Below are positions 63,911-64,000 of a DNA stretch of 64,000 nucleotides, piece after piece. A program made the translations under genes and the position numbers. Origin of the DNA: Lepidodermella squamata. Its lineage: Eukaryota > Animalia > Gastrotricha. The notes beneath the pieces were generated by a model. It saw only the letters and a program-made list of their open reading frames with translations, searched no databases and was not told where the DNA came from. The stretch spans positions 1,860,001-1,924,000 of the forward strand of contig JBLDXI010000011.1 of NCBI GenBank assembly GCA_047495785.1, in the 5' to 3' direction. Positions within the stretch are counted from its first letter, which is position 1. The number at the start of each line of letters is the position of its first letter.

Positions 63911-64000
63911 TTACCCATTAATCATCAACGTATTGAAACGGGTTGAAGCAGTTTCGATTTCAACAGGGGCGCAGGTGTTCTCAAGGAGGTGCTTGGCGCA

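Overview
Eukaryotic (invertebrate animal) genomic DNA with GT-AG introns, many only 49-62 bp long. It is not prokaryotic, and I found no rRNA, tRNA or CRISPR. The window has three zones. (1) 1-11 kb: three tightly packed, co-oriented housekeeping genes (DDX41/abstrakt, a LanC-like protein, PGK) separated by only about 155 bp, each gap holding an unpaired splice acceptor. This is a candidate SL-trans-spliced operon. (2) 13-19 kb: a 4-exon Cdx/caudal ParaHox gene with no Gsx or Xlox neighbour and no visible hexapeptide. (3) 20-64 kb: a transposon-rich accessory region dominated by secretory-pathway genes. It holds a GNA/bulb-type mannose lectin fused to a Cys-bounded hydrophobic hairpin behind a palindromic promoter, a spliced ABCF1-derived half-protein with substituted catalytic motifs, seven GPI-type Ly6/uPAR genes with an extra Cys pair, an orphan Cys-rich secreted protein, an ABO/Forssman-like GT6 transferase, three tandem two-LamG-domain GPI genes (one frameshifted, plus a fourth fragment fused to a Helitron helicase remnant) and a fucosyltransferase-like gene. 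The most interesting hypothesis is that zone 3 is a clustered surface glycan write-and-read (recognition or defence) locus. All exon boundaries were derived by hand from splice consensus and protein-family continuity; no database searches were run.
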